The notes beneath the pieces were generated by a model. The model saw nothing but the letters and a program-made list of their open reading frames with translations. It was not told where the DNA came from and searched no databases. DNA of 44,775 bases from Spirochaetales bacterium. GTDB lineage: Bacteria; Spirochaetota; Spirochaetia; DSM-27196; SLST01. This document shows positions 36,459 to 43,918 of this stretch, in pieces. Each line of letters begins with the position of its first letter. The first letter of the stretch is position 1. Location: the NCBI GenBank assembly GCA_028284845.1, contig JANQQY010000172.1, forward strand, positions 1 to 44,775. The letters run 5' to 3'. Both the position numbers and the translations under genes were made by a program.

Positions 36459-37457
36459 ATGTTTCGCAGGATAGCCAACTTTTTCAAACTCGATGCCGCG
36501 CTCTCTATCAGGGACAGCATCATGGTCTATAGTCTCATTTCGCCGCTCGTGCTCGCGCTTGTCGTCAGGCTGGTTGTGCCCACCGTACAAGGAACCACGT
36601 TCACGATGGTCGTGGACGAGTCTGTGCCGCAACGAGTAGCAACGGAGCTCGCTCGCTATGGCGACGTGGAGCGCGTAGCCAGCCTCGCAGCCCTCGAAGA
36701 GAGGGTCGAGGAGAACGACGACGTTCCCGGTCTCTATCGGGTCGACGAGCGATTCGTCTTGGTTCTTGAGGGAAATGAGGACGAGGGTGCTCTCGAAGGA
36801 TTTCGAACCATTGTGGCAGACGCCATCGATCTTGCAGATACCACGACGATCGCCATCACCGATCTCGAGGGAGAGGCACCTCCCATCCTCGAGTACGCGG
36901 CGGTCATGCTCGTCGTCCTTGCCCTCTTTGTTGGCGGCATACTCGTGGGGTTCAACATCGTCTACGAGAAGGAGAGCGCGGTGATTCGCGCCATGGCGGT
37001 CTCGCCCCTTCGTATGGTCGAGTACGTTGCGGCGCGCAGCATCCTCGCCGTCATTCTCGCCTACGGAGCCGGTTTTGGATCCGCCTACATCGTTCTTGGC
37101 GCCGCCGTTCCCCCGGCGTCGCTTGCGCTTGCAATCGCGGCTGCACTCTTTGTCGCCTTGCCGTTTGGCTTCATCATCGGCGCATTCGCAGACAACCAGA
37201 TGACGGCATTCGCTTTGATCAAATTGCTCATGGCCTTCTTCATCACGGTCCCGTTTGTATCGATCTTCGTCGCCGATCGATTCCAGTTCTTCTTCTTCGT
37301 CTTCCCCAACTACTGGATGTTCACATCGGTCAGTAATGCACTGGTCGGGAGCGGCGTGGTGGGGCAGGGGCTGGCGATGCTGCTTTCGGTCGTCACCGGA
37401 TTGATCATGGTAGTGCTGCTCTTTCCAAGACTGCGGAAAGGGCTACGACTCAGATAG
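36459..37457 (+). CDS. ABC-2-family exporter permease, subunit 2
   Basis: It starts on the nucleotide after the previous stop and has the same architecture as subunit 1 (N-terminal TM, large loop, C-terminal TM bundle). Confidence 0.8.
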   Translation: MFRRIANFFKLDAALSIRDSIMVYSLISPLVLALVVRLVVPTVQGTTFTMVVDESVPQRVATELARYGDVERVASLAALEERVEENDDVPGLYRVDERFVLVLEGNEDEGALEGFRTIVADAIDLADTTTIAITDLEGEAPPILEYAAVMLVVLALFVGGILVGFNIVYEKESAVIRAMAVSPLRMVEYVAARSILAVILAYGAGFGSAYIVLGAAVPPASLALAIAAALFVALPFGFIIGAFADNQMTAFALIKLLMAFFITVPFVSIFVADRFQFFFFVFPNYWMFTSVSNALVGSGVVGQGLAMLLSVVTGLIMVVLLFPRLRKGLRLR

Positions 37458-37480
37458 CCGACACGGTCGGAGGAGGAACA

Positions 37481-37687
37481 ATGGGTGTCTTGATAGTAGG
37501 AATCTTCTGCATGGCGTGGGCGGTCATCACCGCGATCGTCGCCTTCGCGAAGCCGAGAGGTCTCTGGGAGTCGGGCAAGCTGGCCGGTTTTGTGAAGATG
37601 CTGGGAAACACCGGCACCACGATCATGCTGCTCGTGCTCGCTGCCGGGGTTGGATTTCTCGGCGTCTGGTTGACCTTCCTGCGATAG
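37481..37687 (+). CDS. Small (68-aa) two-TM membrane protein
   Basis: Strong SD GGAGGAGG 5-6 nt before the ATG. Two hydrophobic helices (GVLIVGIFCMAWAVITAIVAFA; TIMLLVLAAGVGFLGVWLTFL). It lies directly after the exporter genes. Confidence 0.6.
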   Translation: MGVLIVGIFCMAWAVITAIVAFAKPRGLWESGKLAGFVKMLGNTGTTIMLLVLAAGVGFLGVWLTFLR

Positions 37688-37757
37688 GGAGTAACCCGTC
37701 ACCGCTCGACCCGGGTGCGTGACACTTGCGACAGGTGGCGTGTAGACTTATCTCTAC

Positions 37758-39014
37758 ATGGATGACCCAGGACTACTGGTGCAGACCGCCCTCATGGCGG
37801 TCTTGCTCCTGTTCTCCGCTTTCTTCTCTGGCTCAGAGACAGCCTTCTTCTCGCTCAATAGCCTTGAAAAGGACGCTCTTCGGACGCGAACGCGTGGCAA
37901 GCGCAGGACTGTCGTCGCGGTTCTCTTCCGTCAACCCGACGAAGTCCTGGTTACGATCCTGACGGGGAACATGTTCGTGAACATCTTCTCCACCTCAATC
38001 TCAGAGGCACTTGGTGCCCGATTCTTCGGCGAGTCGGCCGAACTCATTTCCATCGCCGCCATGACCCTCACGCTTTTGATCGTTGGCGAGATGACGCCCA
38101 AGAACTTCGCCATTCGCCACTCGCTCGGATTCTCCGTCTTTGCCGAACGCATTCTCAACCTCATCTATCCCGTGCTCCGTCCCATCGTTGTGCCCCTCGG
38201 TGCGATACGGAAGCTGGTCCTCTCGGCCTATCCGGAGAATCGCCGGGCCGATGCGGAGGCTCGAAACCTCGCTGTTCTCTCTGCGATTCGTATGGGATTT
38301 GAGAACGATACGATCGACCAATCGGAGCTCGCCCTCCTGGAGCGCTTCTTTCGGTTTCGTGAGAAGACCGCCGCCGATGTCATGATCCCGCGGATCGACC
38401 TGGTCTCGGCAGACGCCGCGAGCAGCGTCGACGAGCTCATTGAGAAGCTGCGTGACAATACGATTGGCAGTGACGTCGATCTTATTCCGCTCCACAAGTC
38501 CGATCTCGACCACATCACCGGCTACGTCAGACGGGTCGACCTCGTCTCCTATCGGGTGCGCGGCGAGACCGATGTACGCCTTGCAAAGCTCTCTCGCGAC
38601 GTCTACGCGGTTCCGGCCTCCAAGCCGCTTCGGGAACTCGCGGTTGAGATGATCAACAGCAGTGCGGACCTCTCTGTCGTCGTTGATGAGTACGGGGGCA
38701 CGCTTGGCGTCGTGAGCTACACGGCAATGGTCGACTATCTCTTCGACACCTTCCGCAGACCTGAAGATCGTGCGGTCCGGCTCTCATCGGACGGCATCTA
38801 CCGATTCGCCGGCTCGGTGGAGATCAAGGACGTGGAGGAGACACTTGGTGTCGAGTTCGGGTGTGACGCACGCACGATCGGCGGAATGATCGTCGAGCGG
38901 CTCGGAGAGCTCCCCGCTGTCGGGGACTCGGTAGAGTGCTTTGGATACACCCTCACCGTGAGCGAGTCCGACGGACGACGCGCCTCAGTGATTGAGGCGA
39001 GGCCCGGTGCATGA
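37758..39014 (+). CDS. CNNM/CorC/HlyC-family protein (DUF21 TM domain, CBS pair, CorC_HlyC domain), paralog 1
   Basis: The N-terminal ..LLFSAFFSGSETAFFSL.. is the DUF21 signature. Also ..VGEMTPKNFA.., a CBS region (..ADVMIPRIDLV..) and a C-terminal transporter-associated domain. Confidence 0.85.
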   Translation: MDDPGLLVQTALMAVLLLFSAFFSGSETAFFSLNSLEKDALRTRTRGKRRTVVAVLFRQPDEVLVTILTGNMFVNIFSTSISEALGARFFGESAELISIAAMTLTLLIVGEMTPKNFAIRHSLGFSVFAERILNLIYPVLRPIVVPLGAIRKLVLSAYPENRRADAEARNLAVLSAIRMGFENDTIDQSELALLERFFRFREKTAADVMIPRIDLVSADAASSVDELIEKLRDNTIGSDVDLIPLHKSDLDHITGYVRRVDLVSYRVRGETDVRLAKLSRDVYAVPASKPLRELAVEMINSSADLSVVVDEYGGTLGVVSYTAMVDYLFDTFRRPEDRAVRLSSDGIYRFAGSVEIKDVEETLGVEFGCDARTIGGMIVERLGELPAVGDSVECFGYTLTVSESDGRRASVIEARPGA

Positions 39015-40237
39015 TCTGGATTGCCATTGCTGGGTGTACCCTTGCCGCTTCGTTCTTCGCGGGGCTTGAGACCGGGCTCGTGAGCGCGAATCAATTCTCG
39101 CTCTACGCAAAAAAAGAGAAGGGCATCCTCTACGCACGCGCCGCCGACTTTCTGCTTCTCAAGCCGGAGCGTCTCCTATCAACCACGTTGATAGGAACCA
39201 ATATTTCGGTCGTCACCTCGGCGACGCTCCTCGCCAATTTCCTACGCCAGAGCGGCCCGGAGTGGTCGCGGTGGGTCGGGAGCATCGGGCTCGCCGTCGC
39301 GATGCTCATCTTCTCCGAAGTCGTTCCCAAGTCGTTCTTCCGACAGAATGCGGATACGGTTGCGGTCAGGCTCGCGCCGGTCCTCGTTGTCTTTTTTGTA
39401 CTCTTCTCGCCGCTCGCACTGATTCTGAATACGATTGTGAAAGGAATCCTCTGGATCACCGGACAGCTCGAGTCGAGTAACGAGGCGGTTAGTTCACGAC
39501 AGTCGCTTCGAACGCTTGTTCGCCTCAGCAGCCGGGAAGCCGGCATCCCCCTTGAGGACCAACGGATCGTTGAGGACATCTTCGACTTTCAGGATACCCT
39601 CGCACGCGAAGTGATGATTCAGATTCATCGGACGCTCTCCTGCCCCCGGTCAATGGATCATAAAGAGATTGTGATGCGAGCGACCGAGTGGAACGTTCGC
39701 TTTGTGCCGATCTACGACCAGAGAATCGACAATGTCTTGGGGTTCATCGATATTGCCGAGCTTGCCGTCTCTCCGTCGCTCGAACTCGATGAGATCATCC
39801 ATCCGCCTCGGTTCTTTCCCGACACAAAGCCAATACCCGACCTCCTTCTGGCCATGAACTCGGAGAAGCTTCGTGTCGTCTTCCTTTCGAATGAATACGG
39901 TCGCATCTCAGGAATCATCACCCCCACCGAGATCGTGGGAGAGATCATGGAGCGGCGGCCGGGTGGGACCGGACACCGGCTTGAAATTCGGCCGCTCGAG
40001 GAGGGCGGATATTCGATTCTGGGGCTTGCGGACGTAGAGGACGTGCGCCACGTTGCGGGAGTCATGATTCCTGACGGACCGTATGACACGCTTGGCGGGT
40101 ACCTCCTGACGCGCTTTGGCCGCATCCCGGAAGTGAATGAGTCGATTGCTGACGACAACGTCACCTACGTGGTAGAGGATCGTGACGATCTCCATATCAA
40201 GAGGGTGCGTGTGACGCCAACCACCGCGCCTGCATAG
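39011..40237 (+). CDS. CNNM/CorC/HlyC-family protein, paralog 2
   Basis: ATGA overlap with paralog 1. ..SFFAGLETGLVS.., ..FSEVVPKSFF.., CBS region (..REVMIQIHRT..) and a C-terminal CorC_HlyC-like domain. Confidence 0.85.
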   Translation: MIWIAIAGCTLAASFFAGLETGLVSANQFSLYAKKEKGILYARAADFLLLKPERLLSTTLIGTNISVVTSATLLANFLRQSGPEWSRWVGSIGLAVAMLIFSEVVPKSFFRQNADTVAVRLAPVLVVFFVLFSPLALILNTIVKGILWITGQLESSNEAVSSRQSLRTLVRLSSREAGIPLEDQRIVEDIFDFQDTLAREVMIQIHRTLSCPRSMDHKEIVMRATEWNVRFVPIYDQRIDNVLGFIDIAELAVSPSLELDEIIHPPRFFPDTKPIPDLLLAMNSEKLRVVFLSNEYGRISGIITPTEIVGEIMERRPGGTGHRLEIRPLEEGGYSILGLADVEDVRHVAGVMIPDGPYDTLGGYLLTRFGRIPEVNESIADDNVTYVVEDRDDLHIKRVRVTPTTAPA

Positions 40238-40249
40238 GCGCCTGCCCCA

Positions 40250-40267
40250 GACGCGGAGGGACGCGTC
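40250..40267. terminator. Weak GC hairpin between convergent genes
   Basis: GACGCG-gaggga-CGCGTC (6-bp stem, 6-nt loop) with no U-tract on either strand. Confidence 0.25.
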
Positions 40268-40275
40268 GGAACTGC

Positions 40276-41214
40276 CTACAGTTCGGCGATGAACTGCAGA
40301 ATGATCTCGCCCGTGATCTCGGGCCACTCAACATGAGGCAGATGCCCGCACTCCGGTATTGCCTGGAGTGAGCTACCCGGGATCGCCCGATTGAACCGGG
40401 CCGCCCAACTGAAGTCGAGTACTCGATCCTCTGCGCCCCAGATGATAAGCGTCGGGACATCGATCGATCGCAGTTCCTCCGGCTCAAGATGATCGGTGAC
40501 GACGTGGCGTGTGATGCTTGCGAGCGCCGGGAGTGCGTTCTCCGTGTGGAACGTTGCATTGGCAAGGTAGTTCACATAGTCGTCAGGAATACGATCGGGA
40601 TTGGCGAAGACCTGCGTGCGGATCGCCGCCCGCATGACAGTCTCGTTGTGGAGTGTCATTCCGGCGTCCACAAGCATGCCGGTATCCGCCAGGAACTCGA
40701 TGATCGCGCCCGCCTCGTCCGGTAGGCCATACGGCGCGATCAGGATCAGCGCCTCGAGCCCGGATGGGTCTCTCGATGCGAATCGCGAAGCGATCATGCC
40801 ACCCATCGAATGCCCAACAAGGACGTAGCGCTCCAGCTCAAGCGCTTCGAGGAACGCTTCAAGGAATGCGACATAGCCGTCCAGCGTGTAGACGGTGTCG
40901 CGCTTCTGCGAGTATCCGCTCCCAGGGAGGTCGGGAGCAATCAGGCGCGTCTGAGAGCCAAGGCCCTCCCGCAAGAAACGTGCCTCGAAACCGGTCCCCG
41001 AATACCCGTGCACCAGGACGATAGGCGTCCTCTGGAGTTCGGTGCCGGGATAGTCGATGTAGTGAATGCGGTCGCCGCCAATGTCGAGGAAGCCGGCGTA
41101 GTCTTCGGGGTAGCTTTCGACAACAAGAGCCTCGTTTGACGCGCACGAGAAGACCAGCGCCGACGTGATGATTGCCAATCCGGCTCGGACGAGGGCTCTA
41201 TTGTAGTTCTTCAT
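40276..41214 (-). CDS. Alpha/beta-fold hydrolase, probable lipoprotein
   Basis: ATG at 41214 gives MKNYNRALVRAGLAIITSALVFSC (lipobox-like VFSC). Nucleophile elbow GHSMGG and a C-terminal ..CGHLPHVE.. His. The track start at 41259 is GTG without an SD. Confidence 0.8.
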   Translation of the reverse strand: MKNYNRALVRAGLAIITSALVFSCASNEALVVESYPEDYAGFLDIGGDRIHYIDYPGTELQRTPIVLVHGYSGTGFEARFLREGLGSQTRLIAPDLPGSGYSQKRDTVYTLDGYVAFLEAFLEALELERYVLVGHSMGGMIASRFASRDPSGLEALILIAPYGLPDEAGAIIEFLADTGMLVDAGMTLHNETVMRAAIRTQVFANPDRIPDDYVNYLANATFHTENALPALASITRHVVTDHLEPEELRSIDVPTLIIWGAEDRVLDFSWAARFNRAIPGSSLQAIPECGHLPHVEWPEITGEIILQFIAEL

Positions 41215-41329
41215 CTGCTCAGCCGATTTGAGTCTACCATCCTGGGAGTCTTCCGCCACCTGCCGAGGGATTAGTCATCAAAATGTTACAATCGACAGAA
41301 ATCTTGGTTCATACCAGAAGGAGAGGCGA

Positions 41330-41995
41330 ATGAAAACGGAGATTCAAGGCAGTCCGTCGTTCAGTCACGTCCACATCGATCTCTCGCCCGGCGAGAGAGT
41401 CATCGTTGAGGCGGGGGCGATGCAGTCGATGTCGGCAGAGCTCGGCATGAAGGCGAAGTCGAACGGCGGATTCTTCTCGGCACTTGGCAAAAAGGTGTTT
41501 GGCGGTGAGTCGTTCTTTGTGAATCACTTCACCAATGAGTCGAGCGCTCCGCAGCGGGTGACGATTGCCCAGGACGTTCCCGGTGAAGTGATTGAGATGC
41601 AGATTCGAGAGGGACAGGACATTTCGTTGCAGCGCGGCACCTACCTTGCGAGCACGGATGGCGTACGGATTAAGACAAGCTGGGCCGGATTCGTGAGCTG
41701 GTTTTCCGGCGAGGGGCTGGTCAAGCTCAGGGCGACGGGAAGCGGCACACTCTGGTTCGGTGCCTACGGTGGCATCGTCACCCGCGAGGTGCGAGGCGAC
41801 CTCAAGGTCGACGATGGTCATCTCGTTGCCTATGACTCGAGTCTGAAGCTCAAGCTTGCGCTTGCGGGTGGACTCTTCGCGAGCATGTTTGGTGGAGAGG
41901 GTCTTGTCACACGACTCATTGGCAACGGGACGGTCTACATCCAGACTCGTAGCATCAAAGGCCTGGCCTCATGGCTCAATCCAAAGTTCCGGTAG
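41330..41995 (+). CDS. AIM24/TIGR00266-family protein, paralog 1
   Basis: ATG at 41330 after AAGGAGAGG. Family motifs ..VEAGAMQSMS.., FGGESFFVNHFT, WFSGEGLVKLRATGSGTLWF and FGGEGLVTRLIGNGTVYIQT. Confidence 0.8.
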   Translation: MKTEIQGSPSFSHVHIDLSPGERVIVEAGAMQSMSAELGMKAKSNGGFFSALGKKVFGGESFFVNHFTNESSAPQRVTIAQDVPGEVIEMQIREGQDISLQRGTYLASTDGVRIKTSWAGFVSWFSGEGLVKLRATGSGTLWFGAYGGIVTREVRGDLKVDDGHLVAYDSSLKLKLALAGGLFASMFGGEGLVTRLIGNGTVYIQTRSIKGLASWLNPKFR

Positions 41996-42004
41996 GAGGG
42001 TCGC

Positions 42005-42691
42005 ATGAACGTTGAAATCTTGACACGTCCCGCGAATGCGGCTGCGAAGGTGAGTCTCGGTTCCGGTGAGACCTGCACGACGGAGGGCGGCGCAATGATC
42101 GCGATGTCGTCCGATATGAGCGTTGATACCCGCGTCAGCAAGAAAGAGGGAGGCGGTCTCCTCAAGGGCCTTGCCCGTCGTCTTGGCGGCGAAGGCATCT
42201 TTATGAACCACTTCACTGCCGGTGGATCTGGTGGTGAGCTTTACCTGGCATCGCCGTTGCCGGGCGACATGGAGGTCATCGAGCTCGATGGGGCACACGG
42301 ACTCCAGGTGCAGAATTCCAGCTTTGTTGCGCACGAGACCGGCGTTGAGATGAACATCAGCTGGGGTGGTGCCAAGAACCTCTTCAGCGGTGAAAGCCTG
42401 ATCTGGCTCAGCATGACAGGCAGAGGGAAGGTCATCATCAACGCGTTTGGTGCCATCTATCCGGTAGAGGTCGACGGCGAATACATCGTTGATACCGGCA
42501 ACATCGCCGCCTTTGAGGACACTCTCGAGTTCAAGATCAGCAAGGGCGGACGTACCCTTGTCGGGGCCTTTGCCGGTGGTGAGGGTCTCGTCTGCCGCTT
42601 CCAGGGGATGGGCACTGTCTGGTGTCAGACACACGCCGATCGCGCCTTTGGTGCGAAGCTCACCCCGCACCTCGTCCCAAAGAAGAACTAA
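42005..42691 (+). CDS. AIM24/TIGR00266-family protein, paralog 2
   Basis: AGGAGGG SD. ..TEGGAMIAMS.., LGGEGIFMNHFT, LFSGESLIWLSMTGRGKVII and AGGEGLVCRFQGMGTVWCQT. Confidence 0.8.
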   Translation: MNVEILTRPANAAAKVSLGSGETCTTEGGAMIAMSSDMSVDTRVSKKEGGGLLKGLARRLGGEGIFMNHFTAGGSGGELYLASPLPGDMEVIELDGAHGLQVQNSSFVAHETGVEMNISWGGAKNLFSGESLIWLSMTGRGKVIINAFGAIYPVEVDGEYIVDTGNIAAFEDTLEFKISKGGRTLVGAFAGGEGLVCRFQGMGTVWCQTHADRAFGAKLTPHLVPKKN

Positions 42692-42701
42692 GGAGCATCT
42701 C

Positions 42702-43388
42702 ATGACGACAGAACGGACAGACTTTCCACATGAGATCGTTGCCGCTCCTGACTACGGTATGGTGAACGTGACGATACCGGCCGGCAAGACGCTCCAAGTC
42801 GAAGCGAGTGCCATGGCATGGATGGATTCGTCCCTCACCATGAAAACCAAGATGAAGGGCGGACTGAAGCGCCTTCTGACCGGCGAGAAGCTCTTTATCA
42901 ACAGCTTCACCGCGGAGAGTGAGCAGGCTGCGATCGGGATTGCCCCGGGTACGCCCGGAGATCTCGCCCACGTCTACCTCGAGAACGAGACCATCTTTCT
43001 GCAAAACTCCTCCTACCTCGCCTCGAGTCCTGAGCTCGAGGTGGCCGCCGAGTTCCAAGGCTTCAAGGGGTTCTTTTCCGGAGAGAAGCTCTTTATGGTC
43101 CGATGCTCCGGAACCGGCGATCTCTGGTTCAACACCTTTGGATCGATCATCGAGATCGATGTGACCGGGAACTACGTCGTTGATACCGGCCATATCGTAG
43201 GGTTCACGGAAGGACTCTCCTTCGACGTGCGCCCCGTGGCCGGGATGAAGAGCCTCTTCTTCTCCGGCGAAGGTCTCGTCTGCCGCTTCAGCGGCCAGGG
43301 AAAGGTCTGGATTCAATCGCGCAAGAATCCGGCATTCATCCGATGGGCCGATCAGTTCCGCAGGGTTGAGAAGAAGAACGACTCGTAG
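42702..43388 (+). CDS. AIM24/TIGR00266-family protein, paralog 3
   Basis: ATG at 42702 after AAGGAG. ..VEASAMAWMD.., LTGEKLFINSFT, FFSGEKLFMVRCSGTGDLWF and FSGEGLVCRFSGQGKVWIQS. Confidence 0.8.
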   Translation: MTTERTDFPHEIVAAPDYGMVNVTIPAGKTLQVEASAMAWMDSSLTMKTKMKGGLKRLLTGEKLFINSFTAESEQAAIGIAPGTPGDLAHVYLENETIFLQNSSYLASSPELEVAAEFQGFKGFFSGEKLFMVRCSGTGDLWFNTFGSIIEIDVTGNYVVDTGHIVGFTEGLSFDVRPVAGMKSLFFSGEGLVCRFSGQGKVWIQSRKNPAFIRWADQFRRVEKKNDS

Positions 43389-43456
43389 ATCCATTGGCCG
43401 GTCGCGATTCACTGTCGCGGCCGGCTACGTTCCATTGGGAAGCGGCATGTCTTGCG

Positions 43457-43611
43457 AAGTGTCACGAAGCCTGTTGGTCCGACCGAATGCAGGTCCTTTA
43501 GGCAGAGCGAGTTGCGAGGCATCGTGCTGCGAGCTGCAGAGTCGATGAGCGTATCTATCGCGCGCGTCGTAATCTAACCGAAATGGACCAACAGGCTTCG
43601 TGACACTACCC
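43457..43611 (+). repeat. MITE-like 155-nt element, copy B (inverted relative to copy A)
   Basis: GTGTCACGAAGCCTGTTGGTCC (43459-43480) is the reverse complement of 43585-43606. The full element matches the reverse complement of 33616-33770 (see copy A). Confidence 0.8.
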
Positions 43612-43711
43612 ACGTCTTGGCGGTAGGGATAGGGCCTCACTCAGAGCGTGCCACGCATTTTGTACCTTTTTACTTGACTATCTAAAGTGACTTACTGTAC
43701 TAATAGCGCAT

Positions 43712-43918
43712 ATGAAAGTCGTGGTTAATGGAACGGAGAAGGATCTCACCGACGGGCTGACGGTCATCAAGCTCCTGGAGCAGGAGAACATTGAGTCTCC
43801 CGATATGGTGAGTGTTCAGGTAAACCGCAAGATTCTTCAGCGTGAGGCCTTTGACACCACCGAGTTGCAGGACTCGGACTCCATCGAGTTTCTCTACTTC
43901 ATGGGCGGAGGCGCGTAG
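43712..43918 (+). CDS. ThiS/MoaD-family ubiquitin-like sulfur-carrier protein with C-terminus ..GGGA
   Basis: 68 aa: MKVVVNGTEKDLTDGLTVIKLLEQ...VNRKILQRE......DSDSIEFLYFMGGGA. This is the ThiS length and pattern, but with one residue after the Gly-Gly. The next gene starts on the nucleotide after its stop. Confidence 0.75.
   Translation: MKVVVNGTEKDLTDGLTVIKLLEQENIESPDMVSVQVNRKILQREAFDTTELQDSDSIEFLYFMGGGA

Noticed and set aside
37718-37727. 10-mer CGTGACACTT identical to the outer end of the MITE-like element, in the intergenic region before the first CNNM gene
   Set aside because: There is only loose similarity beyond the 10-mer and no inverted partner nearby. A single 10-mer match in ~45 kb on both strands is not far from chance. 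It could be a decayed solo end, but that cannot be supported.
41969-43412. Two long minus-strand ORFs (41969-42703 and 42660-43412)
   Set aside because: Both are antisense to the AIM24 paralogs. The paralogs have SDs, conserved family motifs and mutual similarity, and the antisense frames have none.
43612-43711. Looked for a TPP (THI-box) riboswitch upstream of the thiS-like gene
   Set aside because: There is no CUGAGA / ACCUGAUCUGGAUAAUGCCAGCG-like core. The region is short and mostly AT-rich promoter-like sequence. A covariance-model search would be needed for certainty.
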